From Pirellulales bacterium (lineage in GTDB: Bacteria > Planctomycetota > Planctomycetia > Pirellulales > Thermoguttaceae): 64,000 nucleotides of DNA. The notes under the pieces are model-generated. The model was not told where the DNA came from, did no database searches, and worked only from the letters and a program-made list of their open reading frames with translations. Positions 22,024-32,791 of the stretch are shown one piece after another. The position numbers and the translations under genes were made by a program. The DNA lies in the NCBI GenBank assembly GCA_963713065.1, contig CAVQKP010000018.1, positions 95,684 through 159,683 of the forward strand, in the 5' to 3' direction. Position 1 is the stretch's first letter, and each line of letters begins with the position of its first letter.

Positions 22024-24805
22024 ATGCACATGAAAATGACCTTGGTCGTTGCGTTGGCGCTGCTCGCTTTGTCGCCCTTTCTCGCCGCCGAGGATGCAAA
22101 ATCCGCATGTTCCGTTGCCGTTCAAAGCGACACCGTGGTGCTTTGCTCGCCCTCGTTCGAATTCACGCTATCGACAAGCAACGGCCTGCGCGCGGTCTCG
22201 TGGAAAAACAACCTCACCGACCGCACCTTGAGCCTCGGCAACGGTCCGGAACTCGATTTCGATCTCGGCCTGCCCGGCCAGACGCTCGTCACGCCAAAAC
22301 TCACCGTCAAAACCAAACCGGGGAAATCGGCCGGCGACTGCCGCGAAGCCGTCTTCGAACTGGTTTCGGACAAACCCGCCGCCGCGGCGACCGTCGCTTA
22401 CCGCTGGAACGATCGCGAGCCGGTGCTGCACAAATTCGTGACCATCACCAACGCCGGCGATTCAACCTGGGACCGCCTGCTTGACGTGCGGCTGGGAGTG
22501 TATCGGACCGACGCGAATCGCGACGATCACGACCCGGACTTCCCCGTTTATCTCACGCAAGCACATCTGGGCGGGCCGATCGTCCTCTTCGAAGATCCAG
22601 TGGGCCGCAAACGCGGTTTTCCCGCATACGTCGAAGGACAATATTTCCTGAGCCTTGCGCATCCAGCCGGTTTCGCGCTGCGGGAGAAGAACACCATCAC
22701 GCTCAAACAATTGCCCGGCAAAAAGCTGGCCGCCGGCGCGCGTTTCGATTGCATGGAAGCCGTCTATGGCGTCGCCGGCGACGGCGGAGCCCGCGCGGCA
22801 TTCGTCAAACAGCTTCACGATCGCATGCGCCGCGTGCGGCGCGGGCACGACAAGCCCATCGCCATCTTCGAGCCGTTCGGCTCGAAAGCCGACGGCCAAT
22901 TCGACGAAACCGAAGCCTACCTGCTCGACAATCTTGCCAAGGTCGATCATGCACGGCAGGAAAACGGTCTGCAATGGGATTACTACTCTATCGACTTCTG
23001 GCACGATTCGGCCGCCGATCTCGCAGCGCCGAACGCCCGCAATTTTCCCCACGGATTCGCGAAAGTCATGCATGAAATCGCCCGGCAAGGCATGAAGCCG
23101 GGCCTCTGGATCGACAGCGGCCAATGCGGCAACTGGACGATTTGGGACAATCCCGCGCTGAAACACGCCCGAACCCGCACCGGCGGTCTCTGCCGTGCGA
23201 CGGAGCCGGTCAACCGTTTTTACCTTGAGGGATACACGCACCAAATCAAGGAAAACGGCGTCCGGCTGTTCAAGTTCGACAATTTGGAGGACCGCTGCGA
23301 TGAGCCCGGCCACGAACATTTGCCCGGCGACTACTCGACCGAGCCGATCATCAACGGCATCCTGCAGTTCTACCGCGATCTGGACAATGTCCGCCCCGAA
23401 ATCGTGATCATGCTCTACTGGCGCTACGAGTCGCCGTGGTGGCTCGAATATGCCGACACGCTTTTCGACAGCGGCACGAAGATCGAGGCGGCGAGTTTCG
23501 CGCCCTGGCCGACGTTCCGCGCCCGCGACAGCGTCACCCGCCGGCTGGACGACGCGCGTTGGATGATCAAGGACCTGCCGCCGATCGGCTGGGACTCGCT
23601 GGGCGTGTGGCTCTCCAACTGGCCGTGGAATAGCTGCGTAGGCAAAGAGGACTGGCAGACCGGCATGGCGATGGACCTTTGCCGGGGGCATCTGCTGGCT
23701 CAACTCTGGTCCGACGCGCCGGCGCTGACGCCGCCCGAACGCGCGCAGGCCGCCGAGTTCATCGCCCTGTTGAAAGCCCGGCCCGAGTGCTTCCGCAACT
23801 CGCGTTTCATCGTCGGCAGTCCTTGGAAGAACGAGCCCTACGGCTATTCGTGCTCCGACGGCCGCCGCGCATTCATCGCCCTCAACAACGGCGTCCTCCG
23901 CGACTCGCAGATCGCGTTGAAGCTCGGCCCGGAGTGGGGATTGCCCGGCGGAAAACGCTGGGACCTCTATCGGTGGTATCCCGAGCCGGCGCAGCTCACG
24001 GCGGACGAAGACGGCTATTCCTCGACCGCGGCCATTGGCGCTCCGCGCGATGGAGATCGTGCTCTTGGAAGCCGTTCCGCACGGCGAATCGCCGACGTTG
24101 AAGCGGAAATTCGACCGGCAACCGCTGCCCGCGAAGCTTGCGGAGCCGACGCGCGAACTGGCGCTCATTGAACCGAAGAAGTCGGCCGAAGAAAAAACGG
24201 CCGAGTGGAAAGTGCCGGAGTCGCCCGCATGCGTCGATCCCGAATTCCGCTTCGAGCATTTCGATCGCGGACACGATCTCGGCCGATTTCGTCTGGCAGT
24301 CGCTTCCTCGCCCACGCCAATCCACGCGGCTTCGCTTGCCACTCGCTTCCTCCGCCAAGGCGAACTACCGCCGACCAAGAGCGGCGGAGTTCTGGCGATT
24401 AGCGTCGAATTGAAGCAAGGCGCGCATTCGCTTTACATCCACCATCGCTCGGGCGAGTTGAAATTCGCCGGCAGTCTCGACGGGAAACCCGCCGCATTTC
24501 AGCCGGTGGTCGGCAACGGCTGGTATCCCGCCCCGTGGCAGACGTGGCGGCTTGAAGCGAGACCTTCCGACAAGCCTCAATCCTTCGAATTCCAACTCGA
24601 AAGCGATCTGCCGGCGGATGTGGAGTACAAGTTTTCCGCATTTCGTGCCGCAGTGATCATTCTGCTCACGGATTCAATTCGTCCCTCCACGAGGTCGCAA
24701 AAGCCGGCGGCGAACTGCCGCCGGCGGCCATTGTCCATTCGCCTCGTCCTCCGCATCCTCGACCGCTGGCATTTTCGGCAAAAAATAGACCGTTGTCGCG
24801 ATTAG
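22024..24805 (+). CDS. Secreted protein, putative glycoside hydrolase (family not assigned); frameshift near 24.05-24.17 kb, 3' end uncertain
   Basis: Signal peptide 'MKMTLVVALALLALSPFLAAEDA'. Long conserved-looking body (…GLWIDSGQCGNWTIWDNPALKH…VIMLYWRYESPWWLEYADT…). C-terminal piece 24035-24805. Confidence 0.5.
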
Positions 24806-24945
24806 CCATCGTGTGTTTATCGGATATTTCCCGAATTGCATAGACAACGCCCGCTCGATACGCTATTTCTTTAACGAGGCGACCGTCGGATGCCGCCGGA
24901 TGGTCGCCTAATCCAAACACCGCGAAGCAATCAGGAGGACCAGCG

Positions 24946-26957
24946 ATGGCAATTCGATCCGCTAGTTTCGTAACCCTTGTCTCGATCACCGCAGCCTTGG
25001 TCTGCCCGTCCGATCGGTTGTTGCCGACGTGCGCTGCCGAGGAAAATCCGTCGGCCGCGAGCGCGATGCCGCTCGTCTTGCCGGATCAGACAAATCCCGA
25101 AATCAAAAACGTCCAAAACCGGCTCTATCGGCTGGTCATGCATCAAGCGCTTTACGTATTGACTTTGGTGCATCCCTGGCAGGAAGACGCGCGCCTGAAG
25201 CTTACCACGCAAAGCAAGAGCGTGGAGCACTTCATTCGCCCCAACACGGGCGCAATCGCCACCTTCGCCTTTCTTTATCGCTTCGGTCCCTACGACGAGA
25301 AGTTCGTCGGCGTCAGCCGCGCAGAGCTGCTGAAAGATTACATTCTCCCGATGATGCGCTATATCGCCGCCACGCACGTCACGGGCACCCGCAACACCGG
25401 CGACGGCAAACGATGGGGCAACCAGTGGCAATCGGCCTATTGGGCGAGCATGCTCGGGCGTTCGGCGTGGTGGATTTGGGACGACTTGCCTGCCGACTTG
25501 CGCGGGGAAGTCCGCCGCATGGTCGCCTACGAAGCGCAACGTTTCATCGATAAAAAACCGCCCCATAAACTGGTGGGCGACACCAAGGCCGAAGAAAACG
25601 CCTGGAACAGCACGATCTTCGACGTCGCCGTTTTGCTGATGCCCGCCGATCCGCGGCGTCCCGTCTGGGAGAAGGAATTCCAACGCTGGGCGATGTCATC
25701 GTACCTCCGGCCCGCCGACGAGCATGCGTCGAAAATCGTCGATGGCCGCCCGGTATCGGAGCAATTCTCCGGCGCGAACCTGTACGACGATTTCACGCTC
25801 GAAAATCACCGCATCGTGCATCCCGATTACATGGGATGCTTCACGTTGACCTTGTCCTGCGCCATCGATTACGCCTTGACGGGCCGTCGCCCTCCGGAAG
25901 CGATCTTTTATAACGTTCCCGAAGTTTACGAGAATCTCAAGTGGTTCTTCCTTCCCGACGGCGGCTGCGTCTATCCCAACGGCGAAGATTGGGAGCTATT
26001 CAACAACGTCTTCGATTGGTCGGAAGCGCATATCCTGATGGCGGTCTTTGCCGGCGACGCCGACGGCTGGTCGCTCGCGGAAAAATGCCTTGCCACGGGC
26101 GAAAAAATGCAAGCCCGCGCTCCCCGCGGCTCGATCTACGAGAAAGTGGAGCTCGTTTACGGCGGTGCGCCGCAATTGACCGGCGAAATGATGGCCCGCG
26201 AATGGTTGGCATTGCAAACGGCCAGGCAGATCGTCAACCGCCCGCAACCGCCGCGGGGAGTCAAGCGGCTCGATATCGGCAAAATCATTCTGCACCGCAC
26301 AACAAAGGCGATCCACACGCTGAGTTGGGGGCCGGTCGTGATGGCGCAGTGCGTGCCCTGGCGGATGGATCGCGTGGTCTCGCCCGACCAGCGCGACGGC
26401 GTCGGCGAGATCCGCTTGAAAAATGAGCAGAAAATCCTGCCGGTCAAGCTGGTTTCGGCGGACGTCAAGGATGCGGCGGACGGATTCACCGCCGACTTGA
26501 TCCTCGACCATGGCGACGCCGTCCGCGCGGAATTGCATTTCCAATCCAACGCCGACGGCTCGTTCATCATCGGCGAAAAACTCACCGCGCTCCGCGAAAT
26601 GACGACTTCCGAAATCGGCACGGGACTGATCGGCATTTTGAACGATCCGCTGTGGGTTTATGAAACGCACCGCCGGAAAATCACCTTCGGCGGCGCAACC
26701 GCCGAAGTCCCCGCGCTCAGCGGAAAGACCGTGGAGACCGCGGCGCGCGGCGGATCGACGTCGATGGCGCGTTGGCGATCGAGAGCGCCGCGCCGCTTTC
26801 CGCCCGCTACCTGGGCGCGGCGAAAATCGACCGCGGCCGCGCCACCGACAAACTCTATCTCAACTACCTCGGCGGCGAGCGCGCCTGGAAAAGCGGGCAA
26901 GTCATCTCCACCTTCAAAGCCGCCATCACGCCGCAAGTCGAACCGTCAAAGGATTGA
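24946..26957 (+). CDS. Secreted hypothetical protein, Trp-rich, possibly an alpha/alpha-toroid polysaccharide-degrading enzyme; one frameshift near 26.75 kb
   Basis: Signal peptide 'MAIRSASFVTLVSITAALVC'. 'GNQWQSAYWASMLGRSAWWIWDDL'. The C-terminus continues in frame 26772-26957 (…AAKIDRGRATDKLYLNYLGGE…). Confidence 0.5.
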
Positions 26958-26987
26958 TTCACAACCGTCGTGAAAAACGAATTTCAC

Positions 26988-27090
26988 GCCGCCATGCGCG
27001 GTGCCATGCATGGTGCCATGCCCAAGCTTGTCATGGGCATGTAGGGACTTCCCGCAGGATCTCATGCCCACGACAAGCGTGGGCATGACA
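26988..27090. repeat. REP-like palindromic element cluster (family A). Contains 2x GGTGCCATGC, hairpin CATGCCCA-agcttgtca-TGGGCATG, and the 25-mer CATGCCCACGACAAGCGTGGGCATG
   Basis: The identical 25-mer plus 2x GCATGGCACC recurs at 35574-35618 in the opposite relative orientation. Confidence 0.6.
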
Positions 27091-27222
27091 CCCTCGAATC
27101 TCAATCTTCGATCTTATCCGCCCTTGACCGAATCCCTACTATTCCAGTAGCCTAATCCGATTCTTTTCGGCGACGGCGGAACTATGCGCCACGCCGCCTG
27201 GGGAAAACTGTAGGAGAACTGC

Positions 27223-28665
27223 ATGAAAGTTTGCGATAATCCGCTTCCGCTGCGCATCGGTTTGTTCGGCATCGGTTTGGAGGCCTATTGGGCGCAATTT
27301 CCCGGCTTGAAGGAGCGTCTCGAAGGCTATCTGAGCCGCGTCGCCGAAAAGCTGCATTTGCCGGGCGTGCGCGTCACGAACCTCGGGTTGATCGACACGC
27401 CCGAGATGGCCGCCGCGGCCGGGCACCGCTTCCGGCAATCCGACGTCGATCTCATCTTCCTGCATGTCACCACTTACGCCCTGTCGTCCACCGTGCTGCC
27501 GGTCGTCCGCCGCGCGAAAGTGCCGGTAATCCTGTTGAACCTTTCGCCCGATCCTGCCATCGACTACGCCGCGTTCAACAGACTGGGCGACCGCCGCGCG
27601 ATGACCGGCGAGTGGCTGGCGCATTGTGCGGCCTGTCCGGTGCCGGAAATAGCCAACGTATTCCGCCGCGCCGGCATCCCGTTCCATCAAGTCACGGGCA
27701 TGCTCGACGACGACCCGCCCTGTTGGAACGAAGTGACCGATTGGATCGACGCCGCCCGGGTCGCGCAGCTCATGGAGCGCAATCGCTTAGGCGTGATGGG
27801 CCACTACTACGGCGGAATGCTCGATATCTACAGCGACCTGACGCAACACGCGGCCACTTTCGGCGGGCATATCGAAATCGTCGAAGTCGATGAACTCAGC
27901 GCGCTCAGGGCCGAAGTTACCGCCGGCGAAATCCGCGACCGCGTTGCCAACTTCCGCGAAATCTTCGACGTTCAAGAGGATTGCTCTCCAGCAGAACTCG
28001 ACCGCGCCGCGCGAACTTCCGTCGCCCTGGACCGCCTGGTCGAACGACATAAACTCGGTTCGCTGGCCTATTACTACATGGGCACGGGCAATCCGGCCAA
28101 CGAAGACGCTATTAGCTCGATCATCCTCGGCAACAGCCTGCTTACCGCGCGCGGTGTGCCGGTGGCCGGCGAAATGGAGATCAAAAACGTGCAGGCGATG
28201 AAGATCATGGACGGCTTTCAGGCGGGCGGATCGTTCACCGAATACTACGCGTTGGACTACCAGGACGATGTGGTGCTGATGGGCCACGACGGCCCGGGCC
28301 ATATCGCCATCGCCGAGGGAAAGCCGCGCGTTCGCCCGCTGACGGTCTATCACGGCAAGGTCGGCCGCGGGCTGTCGGTGGAAATGTCGGTCCAGCACGG
28401 CCCCGTCACGCTGCTTTCCGTCGTGGAAACCGCTGCGGGGCGTTTGCAGTTTCTCGTCGCCGAAGGCGAATCGGCGCCGGGCCCGATTTTGGAGATCGGC
28501 AACACCAACAGCCGCTACCGCTTCGCCGGCGGCGCGCGGCGATTCGTGCAGGAATGGAACGCCCACGGCCCCGCCCACCACTGCGCCGTCGGCGTGGGCC
28601 GCCTGGCGGACAAAATCGCCAAACTCGGCAGCCTGCTGGCGATGGAAGTCAGCCGCGTGTGTTGA
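27223..28665 (+). CDS. L-arabinose/L-fucose isomerase family protein
   Basis: 480 aa, intact. 'RIGLFGIGLEAYWAQFPGL...', Mn-site-like 'MGHDGPGHIA', and the C-terminal beta-rich domain are typical of the AraA/FucI-like family. Confidence 0.7.
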   Translation: MKVCDNPLPLRIGLFGIGLEAYWAQFPGLKERLEGYLSRVAEKLHLPGVRVTNLGLIDTPEMAAAAGHRFRQSDVDLIFLHVTTYALSSTVLPVVRRAKVPVILLNLSPDPAIDYAAFNRLGDRRAMTGEWLAHCAACPVPEIANVFRRAGIPFHQVTGMLDDDPPCWNEVTDWIDAARVAQLMERNRLGVMGHYYGGMLDIYSDLTQHAATFGGHIEIVEVDELSALRAEVTAGEIRDRVANFREIFDVQEDCSPAELDRAARTSVALDRLVERHKLGSLAYYYMGTGNPANEDAISSIILGNSLLTARGVPVAGEMEIKNVQAMKIMDGFQAGGSFTEYYALDYQDDVVLMGHDGPGHIAIAEGKPRVRPLTVYHGKVGRGLSVEMSVQHGPVTLLSVVETAAGRLQFLVAEGESAPGPILEIGNTNSRYRFAGGARRFVQEWNAHGPAHHCAVGVGRLADKIAKLGSLLAMEVSRVC

Positions 28666-28679
28666 AGAAAAACCGTTTA

Positions 28680-28697
28680 GCCCGGACAGCTCCGGGC
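28680..28697. terminator. GCCCGGA-cagc-TCCGGGC hairpin between convergent genes
   Basis: 7-bp stem 15 nt after the isomerase stop. No clear U-tract. Confidence 0.3.
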
Positions 28698-28707
28698 CAA
28701 ACGATTG

Positions 28708-29925
28708 CTATTCTCCGCCTTCGCTGCGTTTCGTTTTCCCTTCGGGCGGCGGTTCGTGCTCGAAGGCCTTCCAGACCATCGGGCGGCGGAGATAGGGTGC
28801 GATGCGGAGCACCACTTCACCGTTGTGAAAGATGCGGACCGTGCCGTTGCTTTGGCTTACGGACACCGCGATGGCGTTCGTGGCGCGGCTGATGGCGGCC
28901 GCGGCCCAATGCCGGGCGCCGAGGCCTTTCGAGAGTGTTACGTCGGCCGCCGAGCAATCGAGATACCGGCAGGCCGCCTCGACGATGCCGTCGGACGAGA
29001 CGATGATCGCCCCGTCCATCTGCGCGATTTCCTTGATCCCTTCCCGCACGCGGGGGTCGTTCAAGTTCCGTTCCTTGCGGCTGTAGCCGCGGACGGGATC
29101 GAAACCGACGGGCCGGCTGCTGCCCAGCACTTTGCGCGAGTCGCCCACCACGAACAGCGTGCCCACCGGCTTGCCCTCGCGGCCTTCGCGACCGATCTCG
29201 ACCGCCAGATCGACCACGATCTTCAGCGTGTCCAGCGGCACCCGGGTTTCCAACTGCCGCAAGTCGCGGCCGGTGAGCCGGTTTAAGTGTTCGTCAAGAT
29301 TGATGACGCTCAGCGAGTCGATGCTGTCGGCGTCGAAACCGCTGTAGAGCGCGACGACGGCGGAGCCGGGGGCCAGCAGATCGTCGGCCACCGCTTCAAG
29401 CACCGATTGCGTCAGCCGCTCGTACATCGGGCTGTCGGGCATGTCGAGTTGCACGGAGGGAATGCCGCTTTCCTTCGCCCCCGAGAGCTGGTCCAAGGTG
29501 TCGGCGGCCACGATCAGTTTCGCCTTGCCGGCCATCGTCCGCAGCCGCGACCAATCGGCCGGGCCATCCAGAAGCAGCACAATTGCCTCCGCGCCGGCCG
29601 ACGAGGTCATCTGCACGGCCAGCGTGAATAGGTCTCGAAATTGTTCGGTAAAACGTAGTGCCTGCATGACTGGACCGACGGAGGTTTGTGCGGAGTCCTT
29701 ACTTAAGCGGAGATGTCTGGGCGGCAAACGGCCCTCGCGATGCATGGCTTGCCAACGTTTCTCGGTTATCGTCATGCCAAGCTCTCCACGCTCTTCAGGT
29801 TTGCTCTCCGGCCACGCCGCGATGCAATCCTCCTTGGCGCCGACCAACCGCAATGGGCCCGCCATTCCCCGATCTGTTCCTATATTAAGGAATATAGCAT
29901 TTTCTGGCAACGGCAATGCAGGCAT
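28708..29925 (-). CDS. Diadenylate cyclase (DAC/DisA_N domain) protein with an N-terminal uncharacterised domain
   Basis: 'GTLFVVGDSRKVL', 'MDGAIIVSSDGIVEAA' (DGA motif), 'GARHWAAAAISRATNAIAVSVSQSNGTVRIF' (RHR-type motif). Confidence 0.7.
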   Translation of the reverse strand: MPALPLPENAIFLNIGTDRGMAGPLRLVGAKEDCIAAWPESKPEERGELGMTITEKRWQAMHREGRLPPRHLRLSKDSAQTSVGPVMQALRFTEQFRDLFTLAVQMTSSAGAEAIVLLLDGPADWSRLRTMAGKAKLIVAADTLDQLSGAKESGIPSVQLDMPDSPMYERLTQSVLEAVADDLLAPGSAVVALYSGFDADSIDSLSVINLDEHLNRLTGRDLRQLETRVPLDTLKIVVDLAVEIGREGREGKPVGTLFVVGDSRKVLGSSRPVGFDPVRGYSRKERNLNDPRVREGIKEIAQMDGAIIVSSDGIVEAACRYLDCSAADVTLSKGLGARHWAAAAISRATNAIAVSVSQSNGTVRIFHNGEVVLRIAPYLRRPMVWKAFEHEPPPEGKTKRSEGGE

Positions 29926-29935
29926 GATAGAGAAA

Positions 29936-30050
29936 GAGTTCAGGGTTCGGGGAAGAGGGTTCGGGGTTCAGGGAAGAGAGGGTTCAGGGAGCAGGAAGCG
30001 GGATTTATTTCGTTTCAATCCTGAACCCTGAACCCTCTTCCCTGAAACCT
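29936..30050. repeat. 115-bp imperfect palindrome built from GGGTTCA/TGAACCC heptamer units. Lies 4 nt downstream of the stop of the HEAT lipoprotein gene and 10 nt upstream of the cyclase gene start; likely a terminator or regulatory hairpin
   Basis: Left arm ...GGGTTCGGGGTTCAGGGAAGAGAGGGTTCAGGGA..., right arm ...TCCTGAACCCTGAACCCTCTTCCCTGAAACC. The same heptamer occurs at 31247-31290. Confidence 0.5.
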
Positions 30051-30054
30051 TCAT

Positions 30055-30744
30055 TTAGAACATCTTCTTGATTTTTTCAGCAAGTGAGACGGGTTTTGCG
30101 GGTTGGGGGTTCTCTTCTTTGACGTATTTCTGCCAGCGATCGACATTGTTGCCAAGGTCTTTTCCGGTGATGGTTTCAAGCGACAAAACCGCCCGGCGTT
30201 GCATGGCCGGGTCCGATTCGGTGAGCGCGTCGCCCAGGGCGGCGATCGCCCGCTGGTCCTTGGTCTGGCCCAAACCGCGGGCGGCGGCCAGCCGCACATC
30301 CTGGTCGGGGTCGTTTTTCAAAATGCCGGCCAGCAGTTCGGCCGCTTCGGCGTCGGCCCGTTTGCCCCAGGCTTCGCAGGCGGTGATGCGGACATCCGTG
30401 TCGGTGTCCTGCAGAGCCGCCTTCAGCACCGGTTCGGCCGCGGGGATGGGGTACTCGCCCAGGGTTTGGATGATTTCGCTGCGTATCAGCGGATCGGTCT
30501 CGGTGCGGATGCTGACGGAAAGGTATTCGACCACCTGCCGCTTGAACTCCGGGGTACTCTCTTGAGCATCGAGCCGCAGCTTTTTGAGCTGCGCCATCTT
30601 CTCGGCAGGCGTGACGATGCCCGGCAACGTATCCGTGGTTTGCCCCTGAAAGGGGATCCAGCCAGGCATTATTTCACAGCCCGACAGGAACAGCATCACT
30701 GCCAAACCGCCGACTATCGTTTGAAATCGTCTGCCTTGAGCCAT
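30055..30744 (-). CDS. HEAT-repeat (PBS-lyase type) lipoprotein
   Basis: Lipobox 'FLSGC'. Repeated 'D.DVR..A..ALG' HEAT motifs. Confidence 0.7.
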   Translation of the reverse strand: MAQGRRFQTIVGGLAVMLFLSGCEIMPGWIPFQGQTTDTLPGIVTPAEKMAQLKKLRLDAQESTPEFKRQVVEYLSVSIRTETDPLIRSEIIQTLGEYPIPAAEPVLKAALQDTDTDVRITACEAWGKRADAEAAELLAGILKNDPDQDVRLAAARGLGQTKDQRAIAALGDALTESDPAMQRRAVLSLETITGKDLGNNVDRWQKYVKEENPQPAKPVSLAEKIKKMF

Positions 30745-31246
30745 ATTGATAACTGGCAGTTGCCGTTTTTTAAGTGAATTTCAAGGAGGATACGTAAGTC
30801 GATAAGTTCAATTTTCGAGGAGCTTGGACGAATACAAGGTATGGCGATTATTCATAGCCGGATGTTCGCAGCACCGGTTTAGCCGGCAAACGTTCCAGTC
30901 CCAATTCAGCCTGCCATGGCACCGACTTTAGCCCGAAGGCGGAACAAGGAATTCAGCCATTTTGATCCTCGATCGTCTATTAACCCAAACAGAGATAATC
31001 GAGGCGGGACTATACCATCGGCGTCCATTCCCGCCAAGATGAATCATTAGCAAAACTGCGATAAAATGGTAAAACTAGGTGTCAGGGGCAAGGAAATTTT
31101 CGGCAAGCTAGTGTCTCTTTGTCCTTGGCGGCGAAAAATGCCGCAATATTTGTCCATACTTCCATCACACAATGCCACCCGTTATGATGCTGATTGCATG
31201 GTACGCAGTGCATTCCCTTTTGGATCATGACTAAACTTATCCTCAT

Positions 31247-31290
31247 CTGAACCCTGAACCCTACAACCTGAATCCTGAACCCTAAACCCT
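31247..31290. repeat. TGAACCC heptamer repeats in the 5' leader of the SPFH gene
   Basis: ctgaaccctgaaccctacaacctgaatcctgaaccctaaaccct, about 20 nt before ATG 31310. Confidence 0.5.
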
Positions 31291-31309
31291 TTTCCCAACG
31301 AGGCCAATC

Positions 31310-32692
31310 ATGGGCATCCGCATTGAAGTCCTCCAATATTTCGATCAGTCGAACACCTCGCTTGTGGCCAGAATTCCCCCGGAAGGTTCGGCCGACATCA
31401 AAATCGGCGCACAACTCATCGTCCAGGAGAATCAGGAGGCCGTTTTTTTCTACAACGGCCAGGCGCAGGACACTTTCGAGGCGGGGCGTCATACGCTGGT
31501 GACCGCCAATGTGCCGATCCTTACTCGGTTACTGACGATTCCTTGGGAGAAGTCGCCGTTTCAGGGCCAGGTTTATTTCGTCGGGAAGCAGACGTTTCTC
31601 GACCAGAAGTGGGGAACCCGCGAGCCGATCACGTTCCGCGATCCCGATTTCGGCATGGTGCGGCTGCGGGGGTTCGGCAAATACTCTTTTCGCGTGGCCG
31701 ATGCGAAACTGCTGGTCAACACCCTGGTCGGCACGCAGGGCATCTACACGACCGACTCGGCGACGAACTATTTCCGCGATCTCGTCGTTTCCCGATTGAC
31801 CGACGTGCTGGGCGGGATGAAGAGCGGCGTGCTCGATCTGCCCGGCAAGTACGATCAGGTTGCGCAGGAGACGAAGACCAAGGTCGGCAACGAGTTCGCC
31901 CAATATGGCCTCGAACTGATGGACTTTTTCGTCAATGCAATCTCTCCGCCCGAGGAAGTCCAGAAGGCGATCGACGCCCGGAGTTCGATGGGGGCCGTCG
32001 GCGATTTGAACGCCTATATGAAGTTCCAGGCCGCCAACAGCATGGCCAAGCTCGCCGAGCAGGGCGGCATGGCCGGCGGCGGGATGGGCGCGGGCGCAAT
32101 GGGCATGGGCATGGGCGCGGGTTTCGGCATGATGATGCCCGGCATGATCCAGCAGGCGATGGCCGCTGGGCAGACGGCGACGGTCGCACCGCAAGCTCCG
32201 CCCGCTGCCGCCGGCGTTGCCGGAGCCGCCGCGAGCGCCAAGGTTGCGGGCATGCCCGATTTCTCGCAGCTTGCCCCCGCCGCTCCCGCCGATCCGAAGG
32301 CGATCGTCCGCTCGGTGGCCGCTTCGGCCGGCTACAAGCTCGAAGAGTCGGGCGAGACGATGAAGATCACCGTGCCCATCGGCACGCTGCGGAAGCAGAT
32401 GGTCAACGTCGATTTCGGCCAGAAAGACGCTTCGGGCGCGGCGGTGGTGAATTACTGGTCGATCTGCGGACCTTTTCTGGAGAAGAACGCCGCTTTGCTG
32501 CTGCAATACAACACCACGACGGTCCACGGCGCGTTCGCGGTGAAAAACATCGGCACGACGCCGATGGTCGTCCTGCAAACCAACCAACTTGCCGATAGCC
32601 TCACGCCGCTCGACGTCAGCCGCACGCTCTCGGCCATCGCCTGGCAGGCGGATCAGGTCGAATCGCAGTTGACGGGGGGGGATGAGAATTGA
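31310..32692 (+). CDS. SPFH/Band-7 domain protein (COG4260-like) with a Gly/Met/Ala-rich linker and a C-terminal beta domain
   Basis: N-terminal '[51 protein letters not shown]'. Central low complexity '[28 protein letters not shown]'. Confidence 0.7.
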   Translation: MGIRIEVLQYFDQSNTSLVARIPPEGSADIKIGAQLIVQENQEAVFFYNGQAQDTFEAGRHTLVTANVPILTRLLTIPWEKSPFQGQVYFVGKQTFLDQKWGTREPITFRDPDFGMVRLRGFGKYSFRVADAKLLVNTLVGTQGIYTTDSATNYFRDLVVSRLTDVLGGMKSGVLDLPGKYDQVAQETKTKVGNEFAQYGLELMDFFVNAISPPEEVQKAIDARSSMGAVGDLNAYMKFQAANSMAKLAEQGGMAGGGMGAGAMGMGMGAGFGMMMPGMIQQAMAAGQTATVAPQAPPAAAGVAGAAASAKVAGMPDFSQLAPAAPADPKAIVRSVAASAGYKLEESGETMKITVPIGTLRKQMVNVDFGQKDASGAAVVNYWSICGPFLEKNAALLLQYNTTTVHGAFAVKNIGTTPMVVLQTNQLADSLTPLDVSRTLSAIAWQADQVESQLTGGDEN

Positions 32693-32791
32693 CAAATAAC
32701 CAAATTGTTCCCAGGATCTGCTTGGGAACGCCCTGTTCAGGAGACTCATTTCGCCGCACTGCGAAAAAAGTTTGAAAAGAGAGTAAATGAC

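Noticed and set aside
31082-31492. 136-aa minus-strand ORF overlapping the SPFH gene start.
   Set aside because: It is antisense to a well-supported gene, with no motifs.
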